Below are positions 36,728-49,317 of a DNA stretch of 64,000 nucleotides, in pieces. The stretch comes from Acutalibacteraceae bacterium. Its GTDB lineage: Bacteria > Bacillota > Clostridia > Oscillospirales > Acutalibacteraceae. Location of the stretch: contig JAZUHF010000041.1 in NCBI GenBank assembly GCA_045641585.1, forward strand, positions 2,217 through 66,216, read 5' to 3'. The notes below the pieces were generated by a model. It saw nothing but the letters and a program-made list of their open reading frames with translations. It was not told the origin of the DNA and did not search any database. A program made the translations under genes and the position numbers. Each line of letters opens with the position of its first letter. Positions within the stretch are counted from its first letter, which is position 1.

Positions 36728-37564
36728 ATGAAAAAGATTATTGCTTTACTAATGGTTGTGGCTTTGTTGTTCTGTTTTGCAGGATGCGGAGCGAAGAAAG
36801 ATGCAAAACTTAAAATCATTAACGAAGAATTGGGCGCAGAGCAATACGGTATAGCTTACCGTAACGGCGATGAAGAAACATGCAAGGTTATGGATGCAGC
36901 AGTTCAGGAACTTGTTAAGAACGGCAAGTATAAAGAAATCGCCGATAAATACCCCGATGTAGTTGATAACCTTTTGTTCCTTAATGGCGAGAGCAAGGCT
37001 GAATTCGAAGAAGTTGACCTTACAAAAGTTGAAAAGAGAACATTTACAATGGGTATTGACCCTGAGTATAATCCGTTTAGCTATATGGGCGATGACGGCG
37101 AATACACCGGCTTTGATGTTGAGATTTGCAAGGCTGCTTGCAATGTTCTCGGTTGGGAGTTTAAGGTGTTCGGCGTTAACTGGGATGAAAAACTTATCCA
37201 ACTTGATGCAAAAGAGTGCGACTGTGTATGGTCAGGTATGACAATTCTTGATTCGATGAAAGAAGCAGGATATGTAATTTCAGCACCTTACTACTACAAT
37301 ACTCAGGTTCTCGTTGTTAAAGACGGTGAGGGCATTGAGAAATCAAAAGACCTTAAAGATAAGATTGTTGCAGTTCAGCTTGGAACATCGGGCGAGGCAT
37401 TACTTAATGAAGATTTAAAAGACCTCAAGGATACATTTAAAGAATTAGTTACCTGTGACAGCTTCCTCAAATGCTTCACCGAACTTGAAAGCGGAACAGT
37501 TGATGCAGTATTTGTTGACTATCCGGTAGCAAAGGCTTATGTTGCAAAGCAGGATAAAAAATAA
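36728..37564 (+). CDS. Amino-acid ABC transporter substrate-binding lipoprotein
   Basis: 278 aa; lipobox FAGCG; family-3 SBP motifs (...NPFSY...GFDVEI...VWSGMT...). Confidence 0.85.
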   Translation: MKKIIALLMVVALLFCFAGCGAKKDAKLKIINEELGAEQYGIAYRNGDEETCKVMDAAVQELVKNGKYKEIADKYPDVVDNLLFLNGESKAEFEEVDLTKVEKRTFTMGIDPEYNPFSYMGDDGEYTGFDVEICKAACNVLGWEFKVFGVNWDEKLIQLDAKECDCVWSGMTILDSMKEAGYVISAPYYYNTQVLVVKDGEGIEKSKDLKDKIVAVQLGTSGEALLNEDLKDLKDTFKELVTCDSFLKCFTELESGTVDAVFVDYPVAKAYVAKQDKK

Positions 37565-37663
37565 TTACTTATAAAAAATTAAATTGCTTAAATTGCCTCC
37601 TCGGATACGGGGAGGCTTTGGGCGTAATTATGATATATGGCGAATATGAAATGAGGTAAAAAA

Positions 37664-38314
37664 TTGTCACTTATTACTATGATTACCACGATGGCGGAGG
37701 GACTTTCCAAAACCTGTGCAATATTCTTTTTAACACTTATATTTTCTCTCCCTCTCGGAATGGTTTTTGCTCTGCTCAGAATGAGTAAAAACGCAATAAT
37801 TTCAAATGTTATTAAATTTATAATTTCTGTTCTGCGCGGAACACCGCTTATGCTTCAGCTTTTAGCAGTTGCATACGGACCGTGGTATTTATTTAACATA
37901 CCCGGTTCGAGGAATAAACTTATTCCCGTAGTTATTGCTTTTGCAATAAATTATGCGGCATATTTTTCGGAAATATACAGAGGCGGTATTGAATCAATTT
38001 CAAAAGGTCAATATGAGGCGGCTACAATACTTGGCTATTCAAAAGCACAAACATTTATGAGAATAATTTTACCGCAGGTTATTAGGAGAATTTTACCGAG
38101 TATGACAAATGAAATAGTTACGCTTGTCAAGGATACCTCGCTTGCATTCACACTCTCATATGCCGAGATGTTTACGATAGGCAAACAAATTGCCAACTCT
38201 CAGTCAAGCTTTACACCGTTTATAATTGCAGGTGTTTTCTATTATGTGTTTAATGCGATAGTTGGGTTTGCTATGGGTAAAATTGAAAAAGCAATGAGTT
38301 ATTATAAGATTTAA
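37664..38314 (+). CDS. Amino-acid ABC transporter permease (HisM/GlnP type)
   Basis: 216 aa; ...[10 protein letters not shown]..., EAA-loop ...[22 protein letters not shown]. Confidence 0.85.
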   Translation: MSLITMITTMAEGLSKTCAIFFLTLIFSLPLGMVFALLRMSKNAIISNVIKFIISVLRGTPLMLQLLAVAYGPWYLFNIPGSRNKLIPVVIAFAINYAAYFSEIYRGGIESISKGQYEAATILGYSKAQTFMRIILPQVIRRILPSMTNEIVTLVKDTSLAFTLSYAEMFTIGKQIANSQSSFTPFIIAGVFYYVFNAIVGFAMGKIEKAMSYYKI

Positions 38315-38325
38315 GGAAGAATAGA

Positions 38326-39084
38326 ATGAATGTTTTGAAAATTGAGAACATTAAAAAGTCTTTTGGCGATAATAATGTTTTGAAAGATATATCACTTGAA
38401 GTAAATAAAGGCGAAGTTGTTTCTGTTATCGGTCCTTCGGGCGGTGGTAAATCAACACTTTTGCGTTGTGCTACACTGCTTGAAACGATTGACAGCGGAA
38501 CACTTTCGTATATGGGCGATAATGTCACATATGTTGATGAAAACGGTAAATTTGTTTATGCAAAAGACCTTAACAAATTCAGAAAAATTTTCGGACTTGT
38601 TTTTCAGAATTTTAATCTTTTTCCGCATTACAGCGTGCTCAGAAACATAATTGACGCACCTATAAATGTTTTAAAGCGTGATAAAGACGAAGTAATTGCC
38701 GAGGCAAAAGTTTTACTTAAAAAGATGGGACTTGAGGGAAAAGAAAATATGTACCCGTGTGAACTTTCAGGCGGTATGCAACAGCGTGTTTCGATAGTCC
38801 GTGCACTTTCAATGAAACCCGAAATACTTTTCTTTGATGAGCCCACAAGTGCGCTTGACCCCGAACTCACCGGAGAGGTCTTAAAGGTTATCAAGCAACT
38901 TGCCGATGAAAAAATGACGATGGTTATTGTAACTCACGAAATGGCATTTGCCCGTGCAGTTTCCGACCGTGTTATATTCTTAGACGGCGGAGTAATAATA
39001 GAGCAGGGAACACCGGAAGAATTATTCGGCGATACTAAAAATGAAAGGACAAAGCAGTTCTTACAGAACTACGATAATAAATGA
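38326..39084 (+). CDS. Amino-acid ABC transporter ATP-binding protein (GlnQ type)
   Basis: [31 protein letters not shown]-loop VTHEM. Confidence 0.9.
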   Translation: MNVLKIENIKKSFGDNNVLKDISLEVNKGEVVSVIGPSGGGKSTLLRCATLLETIDSGTLSYMGDNVTYVDENGKFVYAKDLNKFRKIFGLVFQNFNLFPHYSVLRNIIDAPINVLKRDKDEVIAEAKVLLKKMGLEGKENMYPCELSGGMQQRVSIVRALSMKPEILFFDEPTSALDPELTGEVLKVIKQLADEKMTMVIVTHEMAFARAVSDRVIFLDGGVIIEQGTPEELFGDTKNERTKQFLQNYDNK

Positions 39085-39860
39085 GGATAGACTACTGTAT
39101 TTTTAATCCTACCGGTAATATTACCGCAATAGTTACTTCTGCGGTTAATACCGAAGATTACAATAGAGTCAATAACGAAATAATGGAGAAGCACCCGAAT
39201 GTGGAACAGGTAGGTTTTCTTGACTTTGAAAGGGAAGTTCCGCATCTTCGTATGTGCGGCGGTGAATTTTGCGGCAATGCAACTATGTGTGCCGCAACAT
39301 TATTTTGTATAAACAACAATATTGATAATAAAGAAGTTTTTATTTCGGTATACGGTGTTTCGGAACCTTTGAAAGTGTCTGTTTTAAAAACCGATAACGG
39401 ATACAGTTGCGAATTATCGGTATTAAAACCTAAAGGCATATCCGAAAAAATCTTCACGGTTGATAATAAAGAATACAATTTACCGATAGTAAGCCTTAAC
39501 GGTATTTCTCATATTTTGTCTTTCGGTGATTTTGATAACAGTGTTGCCGAAAAAATACTTCGTAAATATACGGCGCTTATGAATCTTCCTGCGATGGGAT
39601 TTATGATTTATAAAAGAAATGACGGAATATTAAACCCTATTGTATATGTGGAAAAATGTAAAACTCTGTTTTACGAAAATTCGTGTGCGAGTGGAAGCAT
39701 TGCCGTATGTGCTTATGAAACTGCCGATACAGCAGATTATACCGAAATTACGCTTAATCAAAAAGGCGGTGTTTTAAAGGCTGCTTCTTCAAAGAATAAT
39801 AATTATATATCACTGTCCGGAAATGTTAAACTATTAAAATTTTTTACGGAGGAATTTTAG
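39081..39860 (+). CDS. DapF-fold epimerase/racemase family protein
   Basis: 259 aa; two catalytic-Cys-like motifs GGEFCGNA and NSCASGS in the two half-domains; 4-nt overlap with the ABC ATPase gene. Confidence 0.5.
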   Translation: MRIDYCIFNPTGNITAIVTSAVNTEDYNRVNNEIMEKHPNVEQVGFLDFEREVPHLRMCGGEFCGNATMCAATLFCINNNIDNKEVFISVYGVSEPLKVSVLKTDNGYSCELSVLKPKGISEKIFTVDNKEYNLPIVSLNGISHILSFGDFDNSVAEKILRKYTALMNLPAMGFMIYKRNDGILNPIVYVEKCKTLFYENSCASGSIAVCAYETADTADYTEITLNQKGGVLKAASSKNNNYISLSGNVKLLKFFTEEF

Positions 39861-39861
39861 T

Positions 39862-40143
39862 ATGAATAACGGAAAACGCACATCTCAAGAAGATATTCAA
39901 GAATTATTTAAGATAATTTTAAAACTTAATACGGTTGATGACTGTGAAAATCTTTTTGCCGATTTGTGCACAAATAAAGAGATAGAACAAATGGCAGAAA
40001 GAATTAAAGCGGCAAAACTTTTGATAGAAGGAAAAACCTATAACGAGGTAATCAAAGAAACCGACATATCTTCCGCAACATTAAGCCGTGTTTCCCGTTG
40101 CGTTCAATACGGAAAGGGATATTCTTCTTTTATAAAAAAATAA
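39862..40143 (+). CDS. YerC/YecD-family TrpR-like protein
   Basis: 93 aa; ...LCTNKEIEQMAERIKAAKLL..GKTYNEVIKETDISSATLSRVSRC..YG. Confidence 0.7.
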   Translation: MNNGKRTSQEDIQELFKIILKLNTVDDCENLFADLCTNKEIEQMAERIKAAKLLIEGKTYNEVIKETDISSATLSRVSRCVQYGKGYSSFIKK

Positions 40144-40228
40144 TTTGATTTTGTGAATTTATTATGTTATTATATAATTGCAAAATATTTTGTTGTTTTT
40201 TGCAAAATGAATTTTTGTGGGGACTTTT

Positions 40229-42079
40229 ATGAATAGCGTAATAAAAAAGATTTTTTTTGCTTTTCTTGACTTTGCGGCGGCGATTTTGTCCGTTTTTCTT
40301 ACATTGGTTTTCTCTACAGACTTAAAGTATGTAGTGAAAGATATAAATGTTTCGGCGCTTGTTTTTGTTGTTTATCCCGTTGCTGTTGTCGGCTTTGCAT
40401 ATGTCTTGACGGTTTATAATATCCTGTGGCAATATGCCGACCTGCCTTGCTACGGAAGGCTGTTTTTCACTTCGTTCTTTTCTTCCGCATTGCTTTATAT
40501 TGCACATTCGGCGATTTTCGGAACGGATGACCCAAACCCCATCAGGTTGGGTAACTGTATTTGTATAATGCTCATTGACATCGCCTTTATGGCGACAATT
40601 CGTTTTATTGTATACTCAACTCATAAATCGTCCGGTCCGGTAGACAATAACGCAATAAGAGGAAATGTTATGATTATCGGCGCAGGTGCCGCGGGAACTA
40701 TGCTGTTAAACGATATTCATAAGAATTTTAAGAAAACCCAGTGCAGCGTAAAGTGCTTTATTGATGACGATAAAAACAAAATCGGCTTAAATCTTTTGGG
40801 CGTTAAGGTTGTAGGTGCTTCTGAAGATATTCTTGAGAATGTTCAAAAATACGATATAAACTATATCATTTTCGCAATACCTACTTGTTCGGCAAACAGG
40901 AAATCGGTTATTTTAAGTATATGTCAGAAAACCGGATGCAAGGTTATGGTTTTGCCTTCGTATTATCAGATTATAGATGATACGGCAACCATTGAAACTT
41001 CAAGCCTTCGTAATGTTGAAATTGAGGACCTTTTGGGCAGAGAGCCTATTGATATTAAGGTCGACAGTGTGCTGAATTATGTATGTGGCAAGACGGTTTT
41101 GGTTACCGGCGGCGGCGGTTCAATAGGAAGTGAACTTTGCAGACAAATTGCTTGTCATCAGCCGAGCCAACTGATAATTTTTGATATTTATGAAAATAAT
41201 GCTTACGATATTCAAAACGAACTTATAAGAACCTGCCCCGATTTAAATCTAACAGTGCTTATAGGTTCTGTCCGTGATGAAAAGCGTCTTAATGCCATTT
41301 TTGAAAAATACAGACCTGAGCTTGTTTTCCATGCGGCAGCGCATAAGCATGTTCCCCTTATGGAAGACAGCCCCAATGAATCTATAAAAAATAATGTTTT
41401 CGGCACATATAATGTTGCCGCTTGTTCCGATAAATACGGTGTAAAACGCTTTGTGCTGATTTCTACCGATAAAGCGGTTAATCCCACCAATATTATGGGC
41501 GCAAGCAAGCGAATTTGCGAAATGGTAGTTCAGTATTTTAATTCCCGTTCCGATACTGAATTTGTTGCGGTGCGTTTCGGTAATGTTTTAGGCTCCAACG
41601 GCTCGGTTATTCCGCTCTTTAAGAAACAAATTGAGGAAGGCGGTCCCGTAACCGTTACGGATGCGAACATTATAAGATATTTTATGACTATTCCCGAAGC
41701 AGTATCTCTTGTTTTACAAGCAGGTGCAACTGCAAACGGCGGAGAGATTTTCGTTCTTGATATGGGCGAGCCTGTTAAGATTTTAGACCTTGCCGAAAAT
41801 CTTATAAAACTTTCGGGATATAAACCGTATATTGACATTAAAATTGAATTTACCGGTCTACGCCCCGGCGAGAAAATGTATGAAGAAAAGCTACTTGCCG
41901 AAGAAGGTTTAAAAAAGACCGCAAACAGTCTTATACATATCGGAAAGCCTATAAAATTTGATGAAGAAGTCTTTGAAAAAACCCTTAAAAAGTTAAAAAC
42001 ACAGATGGCTGATGATAATGCCGATATAAGAGCGCTTGTAAAATCAATCGTTCCTACATATTCATACAGCGAAAATTAA
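40229..42079 (+). CDS. CapD/WbpM/PglF-like polysaccharide biosynthesis protein (membrane-anchored NDP-sugar 4,6-dehydratase/epimerase)
   Basis: N-terminal TM helices, IIGAGAAG and VTGGGGSIGSEL Rossmann motifs, ...STDKAVNPTNIMGASKR... Confidence 0.85.
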   Translation: MNSVIKKIFFAFLDFAAAILSVFLTLVFSTDLKYVVKDINVSALVFVVYPVAVVGFAYVLTVYNILWQYADLPCYGRLFFTSFFSSALLYIAHSAIFGTDDPNPIRLGNCICIMLIDIAFMATIRFIVYSTHKSSGPVDNNAIRGNVMIIGAGAAGTMLLNDIHKNFKKTQCSVKCFIDDDKNKIGLNLLGVKVVGASEDILENVQKYDINYIIFAIPTCSANRKSVILSICQKTGCKVMVLPSYYQIIDDTATIETSSLRNVEIEDLLGREPIDIKVDSVLNYVCGKTVLVTGGGGSIGSELCRQIACHQPSQLIIFDIYENNAYDIQNELIRTCPDLNLTVLIGSVRDEKRLNAIFEKYRPELVFHAAAHKHVPLMEDSPNESIKNNVFGTYNVAACSDKYGVKRFVLISTDKAVNPTNIMGASKRICEMVVQYFNSRSDTEFVAVRFGNVLGSNGSVIPLFKKQIEEGGPVTVTDANIIRYFMTIPEAVSLVLQAGATANGGEIFVLDMGEPVKILDLAENLIKLSGYKPYIDIKIEFTGLRPGEKMYEEKLLAEEGLKKTANSLIHIGKPIKFDEEVFEKTLKKLKTQMADDNADIRALVKSIVPTYSYSEN

Positions 42080-42081
42080 AA

Positions 42082-42116
42082 TAAGCGGTTGCATAATGCA
42101 ACCGCTTAATGTTTTT
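42082..42116. terminator. Bidirectional terminator between convergent genes
   Basis: TAAGCGGTTGCA-TAA-TGCAACCGCTTA perfect stem, T-tract after it. Confidence 0.7.
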
Positions 42117-42119
42117 AAG

Positions 42120-42668
42120 TTATTTAGTCAATTTATCAATTATCATTTTGTAAAATTCTGATGGGTTTTCGAGAAATCTTTCTTTTATTGCCGTTGACTG
42201 ATTTTCGTCGGAAAGCAAAAGTTTGATACTCATTAAAGGCAGCGTGCCGTCTAATACCGAACAAACAAAATAGGGAATACCATTTTCATAAACGATATTA
42301 AAATCGGTTTGACCTATGTTTTTGAGCCTCGATAACATTTTTACCGTTACTGCAAATGCCCGGTCTTTTACGCTGTAAGAAAGCGAAGTTTTAAGTGTGT
42401 TTGCCGTATTTTTGCCTTTTTCGGTGATAACATAAGTATCATTTACAGAGTCATAGAGTTTTATGTTCCCGTTTTCATTTAATGCAACGATTGCATCGCT
42501 AACCTCAAACCCGTTTGCTATTCCTTCAAGGTGTAATTCGTTTACAAGCAAACTTGCGGGAACGGGCTCATTTACGGAATTAAGTATATAACAAATAAGA
42601 ATTCTAATTTCTGCGGTATTGAAAAGTCCGCCGAGTTTAACTCCGGCAGAAGAAGCATTATTCTCCAA
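42120..42668 (-). CDS. DUF4364-like protein (PadR-like small regulator?)
   Basis: 182 aa; N-terminal ...TAEIRILICYILNSVNEPVPASLLVNEL... resembles DUF4364. Confidence 0.45.
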   Translation of the reverse strand: MENNASSAGVKLGGLFNTAEIRILICYILNSVNEPVPASLLVNELHLEGIANGFEVSDAIVALNENGNIKLYDSVNDTYVITEKGKNTANTLKTSLSYSVKDRAFAVTVKMLSRLKNIGQTDFNIVYENGIPYFVCSVLDGTLPLMSIKLLLSDENQSTAIKERFLENPSEFYKMIIDKLTK

Positions 42669-42829
42669 AGTCCATCACCTTTACTGACATTTGTTATTTT
42701 ATTATACCATTTTTTTTAAATCTTTCAAGAAAAACTTGAACTTAATGAAAAGTAAAAAATTTGTAACTGTTAAAATACGGTAATATATATTATAATACTA
42801 CTGTAAATTTGTTTTGCGAGGTGTATTTT

Positions 42830-45109
42830 TTGAATAACGATTTTGATTTTGAGGATATTAGTTCCGGCAAGGAAGAAACGCTTGACCTTAACAGTTTTTC
42901 TTCCAAAGAAACTGCGGCTCAAAGAAAGAAATCACGCAGGCACACCAAAAACCGTAAAGAAAAAATCATTAAAATAATTTTATCGGTATTTTTAGTCGGC
43001 GTTATTGTTGTCAGTATAATAGTGAGTTCTTTTTTAGTCTATGCCTTTACTTCTGTTGACGGAACTATGGAAGAAAACCTCAATGATTTAAAACTTAATT
43101 TTACTACCACCATATATACAAAGAAAGACGGCAGTGAGGAGTTTAAAGAATATCAGCGTTTGCACGGTGAGTTCAACAGAATATGGACTGCGTATGACCC
43201 GCAGGCAGCAAAGTCTTCCGAAAACGGTTATGACGGCATACCCCAAAAACTTGTTGACTCTTTTATCGCAATCGAAGATAAAAGATTCTATTCGCATTTC
43301 GGTGTTGACTGGAAGCGGACAACTGCCGCGTTTGCAAATATGTTTTTCCATTTTTATTCGTCAAACCAAGGCGGCTCTACCATAACACAGCAACTTGTAA
43401 AAAATCTTACAAGCGATAATGAGCAGAGAGCAAGCCGTAAAGTTCGTGAAATAATGCGTGCAAGGTATCTTGAAAATCATTATGCCAAAGATACGATAAT
43501 TGAATGCTATTTAAATACAATAGCAATGGGACACGGTCTTTACGGTGTAGGTGTCGCTTCTAATTATTACTTCGATAAAGATGTGAAAGATTTATCTTAT
43601 GCCGAATGTGCCACACTTGCGGCTATTACCAAGAGTCCTGCTTATTATGCTCCCGATGACGAGCCTGAGCATAATAAAGCGCGTCGGGAAACCGTTCTTG
43701 ATGAGATGCTGTCTCAAGGTCTTATTTCCAAAAAAGATTACGACAGTGCTTTAAAAGAAGATGTTAAAATTGTCGCAAATAAGGAAAACCTAAATGAAAC
43801 CGATGTAAACTCCTACTTTGTTGATGCCCTTATAAGACAGGTCACAAAGGATATAGCCGAAAAATATAACTATGATGACGACCATGCCGCAACTAATTTT
43901 TACAGCGGTGGTTACAAAATATACACTACATTAAATCCCGATATTCAAAATGCGGTTGAAACCGTTTTCAACGATTCCGATAAATACGCAATAAAGGGTA
44001 AAGACGGTAAGACATTACAAGGCTCTTTTACTATTATGGACTATAACGGCCATGTGCTCGGAATGGCGGGCGGTATAGGCAAAAAAACTGCAAATTTGGG
44101 TATGACGGGTTTTAACAGAGCAACCGATGCAATTCGTCAACCGGGCTCCACAATGAAGCCGATAGCCGCATATGCTCCGTCTATTGAAAATAATATCATC
44201 AATTATTCAAGTATCGTAAACGATAAACCCACAAATTACGGCAAATGGAAGCCGGTAAACTGGTATAACGGATATTGGGGTAATATAACTGTTCAATACG
44301 CGCTTGAACGCTCGGTAAATACAATACCTGTTTATTTGGTTGATAAATTAACTCCGCAAGCATCTTTTGACTTTTTAACCCAAAAACTCGGAATTACTAC
44401 GCTTACAAAAGAAGATGTCAACTACTCACCGCTCGGAATGGGCGGAACAAACGGAGGTCTTACAACTCTTGAATCAGCGGCGGCTTATGCCGTGTTCGGC
44501 AATGGCGGACTTTACTATGAGCCTAAACTTTACTATAAAGTTTGCGACCAGCATGATAATGTGATTTTAGAGCCTAAGAAGGAGCCTGTAATCGCAATAA
44601 GCGAGGATACAGCTACCGTTATGAACAGACTTTTACAAAATGTTGTTTACGGCTCTCAGGGAACCGGTAAAGGTGCCGCCGGTGCGGTTTCCAATATGCG
44701 TATCTATGCCAAAACGGGAACTTCAAACGATTCAAATGACCTGTGGTTTGTCGGCGGAACACCTTATTATGTTGCTTCTTGCTGGTGCGGTTATGATACT
44801 ATGCAGGATATACCGCAAAGCACTATTGCACTTAAAATGTGGAGTGCGGTAATGTCGAAAGTCCATACGGGACTTGAAGCAAAATCATTCAACACAAGCG
44901 AATATGCCACACCGTATTACTACTGCACTTCGAGCGGTGATTTGGCAACCGAGGCTTGTCCGTCAAAAGCGCTCGGATGGTATAAAAAGGGCAATATTCC
45001 TTCTGTATGTAAAGTTCATACGGGCACTGCTCTTAAGAGTCCGAAAATTTCTTCGGATAATTCAACCGTTCAAAGCGAAGAAAAAGAAGAAAAACCGAAA
45101 GAACAGTAA
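42830..45109 (+). CDS. Class A penicillin-binding protein (transglycosylase + transpeptidase, PBP1A type)
   Basis: EDKRFYSHFGVD, GGSTITQQL, RKVREI (GT51); STMKP, SVN, KTGTS (TPase). Start uncertain: TTG 42830 after GAGGTG, or TTG 42809. Confidence 0.9.
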   Translation: MNNDFDFEDISSGKEETLDLNSFSSKETAAQRKKSRRHTKNRKEKIIKIILSVFLVGVIVVSIIVSSFLVYAFTSVDGTMEENLNDLKLNFTTTIYTKKDGSEEFKEYQRLHGEFNRIWTAYDPQAAKSSENGYDGIPQKLVDSFIAIEDKRFYSHFGVDWKRTTAAFANMFFHFYSSNQGGSTITQQLVKNLTSDNEQRASRKVREIMRARYLENHYAKDTIIECYLNTIAMGHGLYGVGVASNYYFDKDVKDLSYAECATLAAITKSPAYYAPDDEPEHNKARRETVLDEMLSQGLISKKDYDSALKEDVKIVANKENLNETDVNSYFVDALIRQVTKDIAEKYNYDDDHAATNFYSGGYKIYTTLNPDIQNAVETVFNDSDKYAIKGKDGKTLQGSFTIMDYNGHVLGMAGGIGKKTANLGMTGFNRATDAIRQPGSTMKPIAAYAPSIENNIINYSSIVNDKPTNYGKWKPVNWYNGYWGNITVQYALERSVNTIPVYLVDKLTPQASFDFLTQKLGITTLTKEDVNYSPLGMGGTNGGLTTLESAAAYAVFGNGGLYYEPKLYYKVCDQHDNVILEPKKEPVIAISEDTATVMNRLLQNVVYGSQGTGKGAAGAVSNMRIYAKTGTSNDSNDLWFVGGTPYYVASCWCGYDTMQDIPQSTIALKMWSAVMSKVHTGLEAKSFNTSEYATPYYYCTSSGDLATEACPSKALGWYKKGNIPSVCKVHTGTALKSPKISSDNSTVQSEEKEEKPKEQ

Positions 45110-45159
45110 TCTTTAACCTAACCCGTAAATGCTTCATAGTATTTACGGGAGGTGTTTGT

Positions 45160-47777
<2,618 letters not shown>

Positions 47778-47788
47778 GCGTATAATAG

Positions 47789-47829
47789 ACGCCCTTTTTG
47801 TAAAACTAACAAAAAGGGCGTGTTTTTTT
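47789..47829 (+). terminator. ligA terminator
   Basis: ACGCCCTTTTT...AAAAAGGGCGT stem followed by GTTTTTTT. Confidence 0.7.
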
Positions 47830-48276
47830 ATGCGTATAAGCGAGAAAGAATATAAAAAAGCGGTGAAAAAATTTTCGCCGAATTCACCGAAAATCAAAGA
47901 TTTTGTTTTTGCATACCTGATAGGCGGTTTGATTTGTGTGTTAGGTCAAATGCTTTTTAATTTGTTTTTATTTTTAAAAATTGATGAAACACTTATAAAA
48001 ATGCTCGTTCCTTGCAGTTTGATTTTTTTGTCGGTGGTTTTAACGGGACTCGAAATTTATCAAAAAATCGCAAAACACGCAGGAGCAGGAACATTAGTGC
48101 CTATAACTGGTTTTGCCAATGCCGTTGCTTCTGCGGCAATCGAATTTAAAAATGAAGGCAGAATTTTAGGTATAGGGACAAAAATATTCACGGTTGCAGG
48201 ACCCGTGGTGCTTTACGGAACGGTTGCAAGCGTTGTATACGGAATTATATATTATATTTTTAATGCGGTGATTTAA
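47830..48276 (+). CDS. spoVAC: Stage V sporulation protein AC
   Basis: 148 aa, 4 TM, ...AGAGTLVPITGFANAV... signature. Confidence 0.85.
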   Translation: MRISEKEYKKAVKKFSPNSPKIKDFVFAYLIGGLICVLGQMLFNLFLFLKIDETLIKMLVPCSLIFLSVVLTGLEIYQKIAKHAGAGTLVPITGFANAVASAAIEFKNEGRILGIGTKIFTVAGPVVLYGTVASVVYGIIYYIFNAVI

Positions 48277-48989
48277 TGGCTGAAAGAATAGGAAAGAATA
48301 CGATATTTTTAAAGACAAAAACATCTATAATAGGATACGGAGCAGTTTGCGGAAAACGCGAAAAAGAGGGAAGAATAGGCGAAGAATTTGACTCGTTTGA
48401 TTTAGATTGCAGATTCGGTGAAGACAGTTTTGAAAAGGCTGAAAGCCGAATGCAAAAAATCGCTACGCAAACAGCCCTGAAAAAGTGCGGCTTGAATGAA
48501 AATGATATAGATGTAATTTTCGGCGGAGATTTGCTCAATCAGTGTATAGGCAGCACCTTTGCAATCAAGAACACAGATATACCATATATAGGAATTTACG
48601 GTGCCTGCTCTACAATGGCACTCGGACTTTCACTTGCGTCAATATTTGTTGATTCAGGTGTTGCAAATAATGCAGTAGCCGTTACTTCTTCTCATTTTTG
48701 TTCAGCAGAACGACAGTATAGGTTTCCTCTCGAATACGGTGCAGTGCGTCCGCAAACCGCACAAAGAACAGTTACAGCGGCAGGGGCGACAATAGTTTCA
48801 AAGGTTTCAGATAAACCGTATATAAATGCAGTGACCTTCGGAAAAATCGTAGATTTAGGCATAAAAGATGCAAATAATATGGGTGCAGCCATGGCACCTG
48901 TTAGTGTTAAACTAAGACCATACCCGATACAAAAATCACGGCGGTATGCGTCTGTTTTTCATCACACAAAACGACAGTCAGAAAGGTAA
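48276..48989 (+). pseudogene. spoVAD: Stage V sporulation protein AD, truncated after ~208 codons by insertion
   Basis: Thiolase-like SpoVAD sequence up to ...DANNMGAAMAP (ends 48899). Unrelated tail VSVKLRPYPIQKSRR... then runs to a stop. About 125 C-terminal residues are missing. Confidence 0.8.
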
Positions 48990-49040
48990 AAAAATCGCTT
49001 GCGTATTGGGTATTTACTTGATTTTTAAGGAGAGCCCACT

Positions 49041-49217
49041 ATGCAGAAAAACAAACCAAAGAAACGAAAACCCTACACCCGAACACCCAAAGAAATACAT
49101 ATCACCGTCCTGCTAGACTCTAACCAAACCGAAGCCATAAAATTTATCAAACTGTTCGGACTTTCAAAACCTCCCGTGTTTGAAAATGTTGCGGAGACAA
49201 CAGATGGTGTTTTATAA
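49041..49217 (+). CDS. Small basic protein, possibly ribbon-helix-helix (MobC/CopG-like)
   Basis: 58-aa ORF not in the track (<60 aa). ATG 49041 six nt after AAGGAGAG. MQKNKPKKRKPYTRTPKEIHITVLLDSNQTEAIKFIKLFGLSKP... Confidence 0.3.
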   Translation: MQKNKPKKRKPYTRTPKEIHITVLLDSNQTEAIKFIKLFGLSKPPVFENVAETTDGVL

Positions 49218-49226
49218 TATGACACA

Positions 49227-49270
49227 GGCTCCGGCAGTCTAAAAACAGAAACGCCGGAGCCCAAATTTTT
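49227..49270. terminator. Bidirectional hairpin terminator
   Basis: GGCTCCGGC...GCCGGAGCC stem followed by CAAATTTTTT. Confidence 0.55.
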
Positions 49271-49317
49271 TAAGGGTGAAATTTTAATTTGCAGATTTTC
49301 ACTGCTTTGAAATATAT

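Noticed and set aside
39081-39860. Calling this gene dapF proper
   Set aside because: The two-Cys DapF fold is plausible. However, the protein is short and diverged and is co-transcribed with an amino-acid ABC transporter, so it could be another amino-acid racemase. The symbol is withheld.
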